A stretch of 64,000 bases of DNA from a virus (Duplodnaviria > Caudoviricetes), in IMG/VR virus record IMGVR_UViG_2828164553_000001, positions 1-64,000 of that record. One strand, 5' to 3'. Positions 55,501 through 64,000 of the stretch are shown here, in pieces. Under the pieces are notes generated by a model. It was not told the DNA's origin, made no database searches, and saw only the letters and a program-made list of their open reading frames with translations. The translations under genes were made by a program, and so were the position numbers. Position 1 is the stretch's first letter; every line of letters starts with the position of its first letter.

Positions 55501-57679
55501 TGAGCGCGGCATTCAGCGCCGTGCCGTGATCGAGTCGCGGCAATCTGCACCCGAGCAGTACCGCATCCAGGTCAGCGGCGCAGCCGCACAAAGCTACTCT
55601 GCGGTCTCCAATATCTCCGCAGGCATCCTCGGGCGCCTGTCGGCTGCGGCCAGTGGCATTCAGCAGGACCGGCAGTTCCGCCAGAACGGCGAGGATACCC
55701 TTCAGGGCCAGCAGCAACGCACTCAAGAATCCGTCGAAGGCCAGGCCGCGCAGTCGGAAGATGCACTCGCATCTTTCACTCCGGCCTTCCGCCGCGGCTA
55801 CTTCGTGACCGAGGCGTCAAACAAGATCAACGACGCCAAGCGGGGCCTGATCGCGCGCGTCGCTGCGATGGACGTGGGTGAAGACCCGCAGGCGATCATC
55901 CAGGAAACCCTGGGTGGTCTGATGCAGCAGAAGGAGTTCCAAGACCCGCAAGTCATGGCACAGCTGCAGCCCGCGATCCAGCAGATGCGCCAACAGGCGC
56001 TCGATGTCCACTCCAAGACCGAGACAGCTGAACTTCTGGAGCGACAGACCGAGAACGTCGGCGCAATGCTGCGCACTGCAGCCCTCGACGGATCGCTACT
56101 GAAGCCAGGCGCCATCGAGAACTTCGCCAAGGCGCTTGACACCGAAGAATTCGCCTTTGTGTCCCGCAATGAGTTCTACGACCAGGCCGCTGGGCAGATC
56201 GTGGACGTGCTGGCGACCGGCGAGGGAAACATCCAGGCGCTCTCCGAGTTCGCCCGGAGGACCACCGACGAGAACGGCACCTCCCTATGGGATCGCAAGC
56301 ACGGCGAGGGGACCTGGGGCGACACTTTTACCCAAGCCGCCCGCGCTGGTGCTGCAATCCAGCAACGGATGCTGGAGGAGCGGCAGGCGTCCGTGCAGGC
56401 CGAGAAAGAGGTCACATGGCAGGACCAGGCCTATGTTGGTCGCATGACCCAGGCGAGCATCAATGCCAACGCGGATGCTCTTGGCCTGTCCGGCAAGGAT
56501 CGCCACACGTTCGTCCGCCATTGGTACGACCAGAACCAAGCCGGCATACGCCGGATGGAACAGGAAGCCAAGGAGGCGGCACGCCACAAGGAAACCATCC
56601 AAGTTCTTACAGCGGGGCAAGGACTCACGCTTGAGACTCACCAGCTGCAGAAGGCGTTCTCGAAGGAGTGGACGGATGCGGTCAAGGCTGGCAACAAGCA
56701 GGCGATGGGTACCGCCCTGGCCCGTGCTACGAGAGCCGGCGTAGTCATCCCCGCTGTGCAGGACCTCATTGGCCGCACCACTTCAACGAACCTGACGCAG
56801 AACTACGCCACCTACAAGGCTATCGCCGACATCGACCCCATTACCGCCATGCGGTACGTGTCGGAAGACAACGCGATTCTCATGAACGAATACCACGAGA
56901 ACCGAACGACATTCGGCATGAGCGAGCAAGAGGCACTTCAGCATGTCACACGTCCTGAGCAGAAAGCAGTCCGTGCTGAGGTCTCCGCGCGAATTGGCCG
57001 AGCTGCTACCGCGTACTTCAAGAAGATGGATGAGATGCCTGACGGCTCGCCTATGCCGCCGTGGCTGCATGATCGCGTCCAGCGTGAGGCGACTCGACTA
57101 GCAGTTCGCAACCCTATGGCCCCACCGGACGCCGCCGTCGCCACAGCATTCAAACGCGTTCAAGGCGACTTGGCGAACGTCAACGGTCGCTGGGTGGCCC
57201 GCGGGGGAATGCGGGCAGGAGCGGAATCGGGCGTAACGGAGTTTGTCAGGCGCGCGGCGGCAGATGCTGAAAAATCCGGGGCAATACCGAAGGGAACAGC
57301 AAGCGGAGTCTTTGCTGCACCTACAGAAGATGACCCAAACGTGTTCATTCTCCACAGCCGCGACGGCTTCCCCATTTATGGAAAGGCCAGCGACGGTACT
57401 CAGCGCCCTGTGCTGTTTGATCCCAACAAAACTGCTGCTGGCGTCAATCAGTGGAAACGCGACGAAGCGGAGAAGCAGGCCCGATTCGATGCGCAGAACA
57501 AGCCCAAGCTCACTGTAATGGGGCTCGACCCCACACAGGCGGCGGCAATGCGTACTGCCAAGGGCGACCCGTCGCTGAAGCCTACGGTACTGAAGCTGGG
57601 CGACAAACCCGCTCCAGCGGGGCCGAAGCGCACGGACGCCACCGACATGCTCGACTACCTCTCAACCTTCAAGAACTAG
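55487..57679 (+). CDS. Internal virion protein gp15-like
   Basis: 730 aa; synteny. Confidence 0.75.
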   Translation: MARVNERGIQRRAVIESRQSAPEQYRIQVSGAAAQSYSAVSNISAGILGRLSAAASGIQQDRQFRQNGEDTLQGQQQRTQESVEGQAAQSEDALASFTPAFRRGYFVTEASNKINDAKRGLIARVAAMDVGEDPQAIIQETLGGLMQQKEFQDPQVMAQLQPAIQQMRQQALDVHSKTETAELLERQTENVGAMLRTAALDGSLLKPGAIENFAKALDTEEFAFVSRNEFYDQAAGQIVDVLATGEGNIQALSEFARRTTDENGTSLWDRKHGEGTWGDTFTQAARAGAAIQQRMLEERQASVQAEKEVTWQDQAYVGRMTQASINANADALGLSGKDRHTFVRHWYDQNQAGIRRMEQEAKEAARHKETIQVLTAGQGLTLETHQLQKAFSKEWTDAVKAGNKQAMGTALARATRAGVVIPAVQDLIGRTTSTNLTQNYATYKAIADIDPITAMRYVSEDNAILMNEYHENRTTFGMSEQEALQHVTRPEQKAVRAEVSARIGRAATAYFKKMDEMPDGSPMPPWLHDRVQREATRLAVRNPMAPPDAAVATAFKRVQGDLANVNGRWVARGGMRAGAESGVTEFVRRAAADAEKSGAIPKGTASGVFAAPTEDDPNVFILHSRDGFPIYGKASDGTQRPVLFDPNKTAAGVNQWKRDEAEKQARFDAQNKPKLTVMGLDPTQAAAMRTAKGDPSLKPTVLKLGDKPAPAGPKRTDATDMLDYLSTFKN

Positions 57680-57686
57680 GAATCTA

Positions 57687-60600
57687 ATGCCGACCAGCAT
57701 CTTTGACCTCACTGCGCCTGCGAAACCGAGAGACCTCAATGAGGTTGTCGCGGAATCGACCCGCAATAACGAGGGTGGACATGTAGCCCGCGTTATGCGC
57801 CGAAAAGAAGCCGAAGCGGCCGACCAGAAGCGCAAGGACGAGACGCCGTTCGGTGAGCTGGTCGGCGCCTCCCAAGTGCAGGGTGGAATCGGCATGATCC
57901 ACCGCGCGTACCAGGAAGACTCGGTGCTTTCCCGTGCCGATCCGGAGTGGAAACTCCCCGAGAAGTTTCAGGCGGAGATGGACCAATTCGGGATCGGCAC
58001 GGATCAGTGGGAACTTTTCAGCCGCGCAACCTCGCAGGAGCATTATGAGCTTCTTCGGGAATTTGCACTTCAAAACGAGATGGCGAAGGAGACCCGTGCG
58101 TCCTTCGGCATGCTCTCAAACTTCGCGTCGGACATGACTGATCCGGTGTTCTTCGCCGCAGACGCTGCCACGGGCGGCCTCGCCCGAGGCGCACGTGCCG
58201 GACGCTTGGCGAATTCTATCCGCGCAGGCTTGGCAGCTGGTACGACCAATGCGGCGATGACGCTCGGAAACTCCAGGTTCAACTCTGAAATCGGAAGCGC
58301 GGATGTCGCTATCTCAGCGGCAGCGGGATTCGCATTAGGCAGCGCCCTCGGAGCACGACGAGGGGAGCATTTCGCGGAATCCGTGAAGGTCGAAGACCTC
58401 GCCAGAAGGGACATCACAGGATCATCCCAAAGCTTGGGCGCGGCGCGCTTGAATGGCCTTCCCGACAACCCAACCCCAGGAATCTCAGAACGCTCTCTTT
58501 CGGATGCGATGCAGGCCCAAGTTGACCGTGGCGTGGACGAGGTATCCATTCAACCTGCCTTCGCCAACATCCGCCTTGCCTTGTCGGCGCAGATGGGGAA
58601 GCTGAAAGATCCAACCGCGCGTGGCGTCGGTCGGTGGCTGTTCCGCGACGGCGTGGGCTACGCAGATCGAAACTTGGCTGTGAAGCAATCTGCAGGTGAG
58701 TACGCCAGCGTCAATCGCGCCACGCTGGAGACCCAGCTACATCGCGGCTTCAACGCAGCCTGGACGGCAGCGCGAGCGAAGCACGGACTGTCCCGCTGGG
58801 ACCGCGGCGGTGAGCTGGCGTGGAGCCGAAAGGTGGCAGATGTACTGCGAGGCGTAAAGGCCGACGACGAGACTGCAAACCAGGCCGCAGCTGCAATTCG
58901 GCCTGTACTCGATGCAACCTACGAGCTGGGCGTTCGTTCGGGCGTCTTGGAGCCAGGAAGCAAGAACCTTGACTACTTCCCGCAGATCCAGTCCAAGCAA
59001 GCGTATCAGCGCATCTTCGGAGAGATGGGCCTGAGCGAGGACCAAGGCGTCGAGCTGTATAAGCAGGCGATCATCGCCGACATGCGCAAGAACGGCGACG
59101 CCTCCAAGCTGGAGAAGTTCGACGAGATTGCTGGCGACTACGTAGGGACCTCCGACCGTGCCCTCCGGGCGCGCGAGAAGGCCGACGACCTGGGTGCGCT
59201 GACTTCCGACAAGCAGGCCGCTGTCCGCTCCGCCGAAGAGGCGCTGAAGGAGCTGGAGGGAATGCCCGGCAAGCAGGGCGACCGTCGCCGCAACGCAGCC
59301 CAGCGCCGCCTGGAGGACACCCGCCGCAAGCTGCAGCGACATAGCGAACGCTTGGACAAGGCCAAAGCTGGCCTAAAGGATGCGCTGGAGCATGAGCAGA
59401 AGACACTACACGCGAGGAATGAAGCCAAGAAGCTCGCCGACGACGGCGGCGTAGACGAGGAACTGGCCGAGCTATATGCCCGCGCACTTATCAAACGCGG
59501 CTCCAGCCTGGTAACTGGCGACACTGGCGCCCCCGTGCGTCCGCTCAACACCGAGTCATTGCAGGAACTCACCGATGCCCTGCGAGATGCTGGGGCGAGC
59601 GACGCGAAGATTACGTCGGTTCTTGGTCGGTACACCGCCCAGATGCAGGAAGGCGCCAAAGCGGGCGCGGCGAAGAAGCGTATCCGCTTCGACCCGAACA
59701 CCGAGATGACATTCACGAACCGCTACGGAGACGATGTGACCCTCAAGGTCACCGACTTCCTCGACAGCGACACCACCCGTGTCGTGTCGTCGCATATCCG
59801 TGAAGTTGTCGGCTGGTCGGCCATGGCTCAAAAGGGAAACATTCGGAACAAAGCGGAGCTGGACGCGCTTCAGCAGCTACTCCGCGAGCAAGCCATCAAG
59901 GCGGGAGATGATCCTGAGAAGACCCTGCGAATGTTGGACATCGGCGTCAAGTCAATCATGGGGCGCTCCACGGAAGTCAACCCAAACAGCACTGCGTCGC
60001 GCTGGTCGCGCGCGCTACGTGACACCCAGTTTCTCCGAGTGATGAACCAGGTTGGCTTCACGCTCTTCACAGAACTAGGGCCAACCGTGGCACACGCGGG
60101 CTTGATGAACACCGCGCGATCAATCGCCTTCATCGGAGACTTCCTCCGCCGCGGCGCGGACGGAACTCTGAAGTCTGGCGAGGCACGCTACATCGAGGAC
60201 CTCGTTGCGACTGGCACAGAGCACCTGCGCAGCCCTGCATTTATGCGGATTGAAGATGACGCTTTCATGCCATCGGTCTACGGCGACAGCAAGTTCGGCA
60301 GAACAATGGAGAATGCCACGATGCTCGGCCAGCGATTCACCAGCATCGCCTCGGGCATGGCCCCCATGAACACTGCCCTGCAGCGCATCGCAGGACGAGC
60401 AACGCTGATGAAGCTGCTTCAGCTAGCGAACGACAAGCGCGCTCTTTCGGAAGGAATGACCCGCCGGATGCGCTCCTACGGTCTCGATCAAGAGGCCCAG
60501 GACGCACTCTTCGCATCTCTCCGGGGCATCAAGAAGGTCGAAGACATCACGGAAGCTGGCCTGAGCTTGGCCGACCGTGAGCGAGTGGCGGCCTTCATGT

Positions 60601-61310
60601 TTCGCGTCACGCGTCAGCAGGTGATCGAAGGCGACGCCAGCGACTCCATCATGCTGATGCACTCGGCGGGCGGAAAGCTGGTCACGCAATTCCGTTCGTT
60701 CATGGCCTACAGCTATGAGCGGCATCTGCTGAACTCCGCCTACCACTGGAAGGACTGGAACACCTACATGATGGTCATGCTATCCAGCTCCATCGCAGCC
60801 CTGCAATGGGCCGCGCGCACGTCACTCAATACGGCGGACGATCCGGAGAAGCGCGAGAAGCAGCTTACGATGGGCAACTTCGTGGCCGCAGGAGTGTCTC
60901 AGTCCTCCTGGGGCGGCGTCATCCAGCCCATCGTGGACACTGCGCTGCCCCTCATGGGCCAAGACCCGGTGTTCGCCAACGCCCGCTCAACGGGCATGTC
61001 GACAAACATCGTGGGCGGTATCCCGGTAGTCGACTTCGCCAACCGCGTGATGGAAGCGTCCTCTATTCCGGCGCAAGCGCTCCGCGACGACCGTGAAGTG
61101 ACCCGTAAGGAGCTGGAGAGCGCAGCCAAGCTGTTCTGGTTCCAGAACCTGACAGGATGGCAGAACATCCAGCGTATGGCGCTCAAGGAGGCGGAGAGTC
61201 GCGGCTTGATAAGCGACGGCTCCGGTGAAGCTGCCGCACGTCGCGAAGACCGAGACAACAAGGAAGACTCTTGGACCGCAAAATCTCTCTTTGGCCTGGA
61301 CACTGAATGA
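57687..61310 (+). CDS. Internal virion protein gp16-like
   Basis: 1207 aa; YFPQ and QFRSF motifs; synteny. Confidence 0.8.
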   Translation: MPTSIFDLTAPAKPRDLNEVVAESTRNNEGGHVARVMRRKEAEAADQKRKDETPFGELVGASQVQGGIGMIHRAYQEDSVLSRADPEWKLPEKFQAEMDQFGIGTDQWELFSRATSQEHYELLREFALQNEMAKETRASFGMLSNFASDMTDPVFFAADAATGGLARGARAGRLANSIRAGLAAGTTNAAMTLGNSRFNSEIGSADVAISAAAGFALGSALGARRGEHFAESVKVEDLARRDITGSSQSLGAARLNGLPDNPTPGISERSLSDAMQAQVDRGVDEVSIQPAFANIRLALSAQMGKLKDPTARGVGRWLFRDGVGYADRNLAVKQSAGEYASVNRATLETQLHRGFNAAWTAARAKHGLSRWDRGGELAWSRKVADVLRGVKADDETANQAAAAIRPVLDATYELGVRSGVLEPGSKNLDYFPQIQSKQAYQRIFGEMGLSEDQGVELYKQAIIADMRKNGDASKLEKFDEIAGDYVGTSDRALRAREKADDLGALTSDKQAAVRSAEEALKELEGMPGKQGDRRRNAAQRRLEDTRRKLQRHSERLDKAKAGLKDALEHEQKTLHARNEAKKLADDGGVDEELAELYARALIKRGSSLVTGDTGAPVRPLNTESLQELTDALRDAGASDAKITSVLGRYTAQMQEGAKAGAAKKRIRFDPNTEMTFTNRYGDDVTLKVTDFLDSDTTRVVSSHIREVVGWSAMAQKGNIRNKAELDALQQLLREQAIKAGDDPEKTLRMLDIGVKSIMGRSTEVNPNSTASRWSRALRDTQFLRVMNQVGFTLFTELGPTVAHAGLMNTARSIAFIGDFLRRGADGTLKSGEARYIEDLVATGTEHLRSPAFMRIEDDAFMPSVYGDSKFGRTMENATMLGQRFTSIASGMAPMNTALQRIAGRATLMKLLQLANDKRALSEGMTRRMRSYGLDQEAQDALFASLRGIKKVEDITEAGLSLADRERVAAFMFRVTRQQVIEGDASDSIMLMHSAGGKLVTQFRSFMAYSYERHLLNSAYHWKDWNTYMMVMLSSSIAALQWAARTSLNTADDPEKREKQLTMGNFVAAGVSQSSWGGVIQPIVDTALPLMGQDPVFANARSTGMSTNIVGGIPVVDFANRVMEASSIPAQALRDDREVTRKELESAAKLFWFQNLTGWQNIQRMALKEAESRGLISDGSGEAAARREDRDNKEDSWTAKSLFGLDTE

Positions 61311-63340
61311 TTGAACAAAACCGAGGCCTGTCCTTCGTGGCTTACACCTACGAAGGCGGGCCTCGGCGCTTCACCTGCACGTTCCCGCGACTGAAGCAGG
61401 AACACGTGCGCGTGCTTGTGGGTGACCCAAAGTCACCCCGGACGGTACTCGGCAAGTGGATCAACGCCACGACCGTCGAGATTCCCGACCAATCCGAATA
61501 CCTCGCGACGCCTTACAGCGTCCTACTGCGCCGGGTTACGCCGTTCGCAGAACAGGCGATCCTCTTTCAGGACGCCGCAACACTGCCGGCAGGCCAGCTC
61601 AACACCGCCATCCGGCAGCTTCTCTTCGTACAGCAGGAGGTTGCCGAGTTTGGCGTCGGCACCGGAAGCGTGCCAGGCAGTGGGCTGCCGGGGAACGGCG
61701 GGGGCAACCTGCCGGATATCCAGACCATCGTCGACCAGGTCGTGCAGTCGCCGGCCTACCAGATTCTCCAGCAACGCATCCCAGAGATTGACGCCAACGC
61801 CGAACTCATCATGCAGGAGCTTCTCCGCTCCAATGAGTTCTTCGACACGAAGCGCGACTACGGAGACCGCATCTCCGAAGCGTCCACCCGCATCGCCCTC
61901 ATTGAAGACGGCGACAAGGTGACTGCTGAGCAGATCACCACGCTATTGGCTAGGATGGTCAGGAATGAGACCGATGTAGCGGCCAGCTTCGATCAGATCA
62001 ACCGGGCAATCGCCACGGAGACTGAAGCGCGTGTCGAATCGCTCACCGACATGCACGCGCAGATCGCCGCGGAGACCGGAACGCTTGTTGCTCAGGCGGT
62101 CGATAGTGTGGAGGTGGTAGTCAACAAGGTCGAGTCGAGAGTCACTACGGCCGAGGGCCGGCTGGCGGTCCACGGCGAATCCATCGCGGCTACCAATGAA
62201 TCATTGGAAGTCGTCGCCAATGATGCCCAGGCAAGCACCGAGTGGCGTCAGCTGTTTGCTGCGCAGTACGGCGCCCCGGGCGCTACCGGCGCATCGGTGG
62301 CCGCCGCCGTCAAGCAGCAGATCGACACCAAGGCGACACCAGCCGAAGCACGAAGCATCGCCAACACGTCAGTGACGGCGTTCGCAAACGGCACCTTCGC
62401 GGCCCTGCAGCAGTCCTATACGGCCTATGTGAGTGCGAACGACGCCAAGTGGTCCGGCACGTGGTCCCTTCGGATCAACGGAGGCGACCCTAACAACCCA
62501 GTCGTCGCAGGTATCGCACTCAGTGCGTACCCTGGCGGATCGGACTTCGTTGTCCAGTCGGATCGCTTCGCCATCACGACCCCGACCGCGGGCTATAGCG
62601 CTCGCAAGTTCCCCTTCGTGGTCGGGACCGTGGGCGGCTTGAGCACGGTAGGAATCACCGGGCAACTGTTGGTGGATGGATCGATCACCGCGAACAAGCT
62701 GACCGTGAACTCGCTGGCCGCCATCACCGCCAACATGGGCACCGTCAACGGCGGCACGTTCAAGACACACACGCTCGATGTCAACGGCAACATCGTCAAC
62801 GCGCACGAGTTTCGCGTCGAACTGTCGAACGTTGGCACATGGCCCATCTGGGTCGGGGCCGGAGACAAGAACGAGAACAATGCCGTCTTCTGGGTAGATC
62901 GCTCGGGCAACGCAGGCTTCAAAGGCCGAGTATCTGCGCCAAACATTGTCGGCAACTTCAATCGCCTGGCCCCTGTAGATTGGACCGGATCGGTGTCGAT
63001 GAATAACACCACGGGAATCGTCAACTTCACGCTACCTGCGCCTGTGCTGCTGGGCGAATCACACACCCCGCTGATCGTACTCAGTGCAGGCGTGGACCAT
63101 GCGTCTTCGGACAATGGGCGTGCCTTCATCTACATCCAGAAGCTAGTTGGTGCGGCCTGGGTGACAGTGGATACCTACTTCATCATTCAGGGCTCGGGCC
63201 ACAAGTTCAACCATGCGCTCAATTACGTCGGAGACCCGACAACGGCGGAAGCCACCTACCGTGTGGCCATCGCCGATTCTTCGCGCGGTGACCGCTTGAT
63301 CATCACCAAGGTCCGTGGATTCATCCAAGGACTCCGATAA
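61307..63340 (+). CDS. Tail fibre: gp17-type N-terminal anchor plus lambda-J/DUF1983-like region
   Basis: F..L...HVRV, LRRVTP, F.DAA.L...LN; VAGIAL, SDRFAI, DGSITANKL. Confidence 0.85.
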   Translation: MIEQNRGLSFVAYTYEGGPRRFTCTFPRLKQEHVRVLVGDPKSPRTVLGKWINATTVEIPDQSEYLATPYSVLLRRVTPFAEQAILFQDAATLPAGQLNTAIRQLLFVQQEVAEFGVGTGSVPGSGLPGNGGGNLPDIQTIVDQVVQSPAYQILQQRIPEIDANAELIMQELLRSNEFFDTKRDYGDRISEASTRIALIEDGDKVTAEQITTLLARMVRNETDVAASFDQINRAIATETEARVESLTDMHAQIAAETGTLVAQAVDSVEVVVNKVESRVTTAEGRLAVHGESIAATNESLEVVANDAQASTEWRQLFAAQYGAPGATGASVAAAVKQQIDTKATPAEARSIANTSVTAFANGTFAALQQSYTAYVSANDAKWSGTWSLRINGGDPNNPVVAGIALSAYPGGSDFVVQSDRFAITTPTAGYSARKFPFVVGTVGGLSTVGITGQLLVDGSITANKLTVNSLAAITANMGTVNGGTFKTHTLDVNGNIVNAHEFRVELSNVGTWPIWVGAGDKNENNAVFWVDRSGNAGFKGRVSAPNIVGNFNRLAPVDWTGSVSMNNTTGIVNFTLPAPVLLGESHTPLIVLSAGVDHASSDNGRAFIYIQKLVGAAWVTVDTYFIIQGSGHKFNHALNYVGDPTTAEATYRVAIADSSRGDRLIITKVRGFIQGLR

Positions 63341-63350
63341 CGAGGAACAA

Positions 63351-64000
63351 ATGGCAGAAACACCAGGCTACGTTTCCAATGCAAAGCTTGCAGAGCGCAT
63401 CTCGGCATTGGTAGACCGCTGGAACACGCGCGAAAATCAGATGATCGCGCTTCTGGCTCAACCCGAAGGATACGTAACGGTCACTGACGGCCTCGGCAAG
63501 GATCACGTCCTACCGTCCTTTCTGCAGCTCTCCAGGGATGTCTCGGAGCTTGTGGACGAACTTACGGGCGCCGTCAGCGGCGCTTCCGAGTTCGCCAATA
63601 CGGCCCGACTGTACGCTGAGGGCGCGCAGGCGTCTGCCAACGATGCACAAACGAGCGCTGAAGACGCAGCCGTGCAACTCGCAGACGCGACCGGGCGGGC
63701 AGAAGCAGCGGCTGCAAGTGCGACCGCAAGCGCCGCAAGCGCCTCCGCCTCAGAGTCGAGCAACCAATCGGCCGGACTACACGACAGCGCTGCATCCGCC
63801 AGCGCAGCCGATGCTGATGCTGATGCGATCCAAGCATCGAACTCCAAGGCCCAGGCCGTGGCCTCCGCAAGCGCAGCAGCGTCAAGTGAAGTCCAGGCGG
63901 CTTCCTACGCCCACCAGGCGGAAGATTGGAGCGACCAGGCACAGTCGTGGGCAAACGCTCCGGCTGGTACTGAGATTGAGCCAGGAGCGTTTTCAGCTAA
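63351..64000 (+). CDS. Second tail fibre/spike, partial (not in ORF track)
   Basis: GAGG RBS; MAETPGYVSN..., Ala/Ser-rich stalk, AQSWANAP..EIEPG; open to the window end. Confidence 0.8.
   Translation, partial: MAETPGYVSNAKLAERISALVDRWNTRENQMIALLAQPEGYVTVTDGLGKDHVLPSFLQLSRDVSELVDELTGAVSGASEFANTARLYAEGAQASANDAQTSAEDAAVQLADATGRAEAAAASATASAASASASESSNQSAGLHDSAASASAADADADAIQASNSKAQAVASASAAASSEVQAASYAHQAEDWSDQAQSWANAPAGTEIEPGAFSA

Larger units (their letters stand above)
34694..64000 (+). mobile_element. T7-like (Autographiviridae) prophage integrated in tRNA-His; right end off-window
   Basis: RNAP, SSB, primase-helicase, PolA, exonuclease, portal, scaffold, MCP, tail A/B, internal virion proteins and fibre in T7 order, all on +, starting at a tRNA fragment. 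Confidence 0.92.

Noticed and set aside
1-64000. CRISPR array, DGR/retron, IS elements, invertase shufflon
   Set aside because: No spaced repeats, reverse transcriptase, transposase or invertase seen by eye.

Overview
This is high-GC gammaproteobacterial DNA, most likely Xanthomonas (inferred from gene content), made almost entirely of two prophages lying back to back at a tRNA cluster. (1) Positions 1-~34.5 kb hold a P2/phiCTX/Smp131-like myovirus prophage whose left end is off-window. It contains a com-like gene plus DNA MTase, Q-P / O-N-M-L-X, lysis genes, R-S, J-I-H, V-W, FI-FII-E/E'-T-U-D, cI/cro/ogr, a primase-helicase, a C4-type antisense RNA locus, xis and int, and it abuts the 3' end of tRNA-Lys(CTT). 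Its left cargo region is a repeated [MTase 3' part + opposite-strand cargo] array carrying a GNAT and a Clavibacter Pat-1/Chp-like secreted serine protease. (2) Positions ~34.7-64 kb hold a T7-like (Autographiviridae) genome whose right end is off-window. It starts at a displaced 3' half of tRNA-His, so it looks like an integrated, apparently temperate T7-like phage. Its RNAP gene is flanked by a repeated 16-bp palindrome and is preceded by a candidate phage promoter, a structured leader and an intrinsic terminator. Its T7-lysozyme homologue has lost catalytic residues, RusA replaces endonuclease I, and the spanins sit in the replication region. All calls were made by eye from motifs and synteny; no database searches were run.
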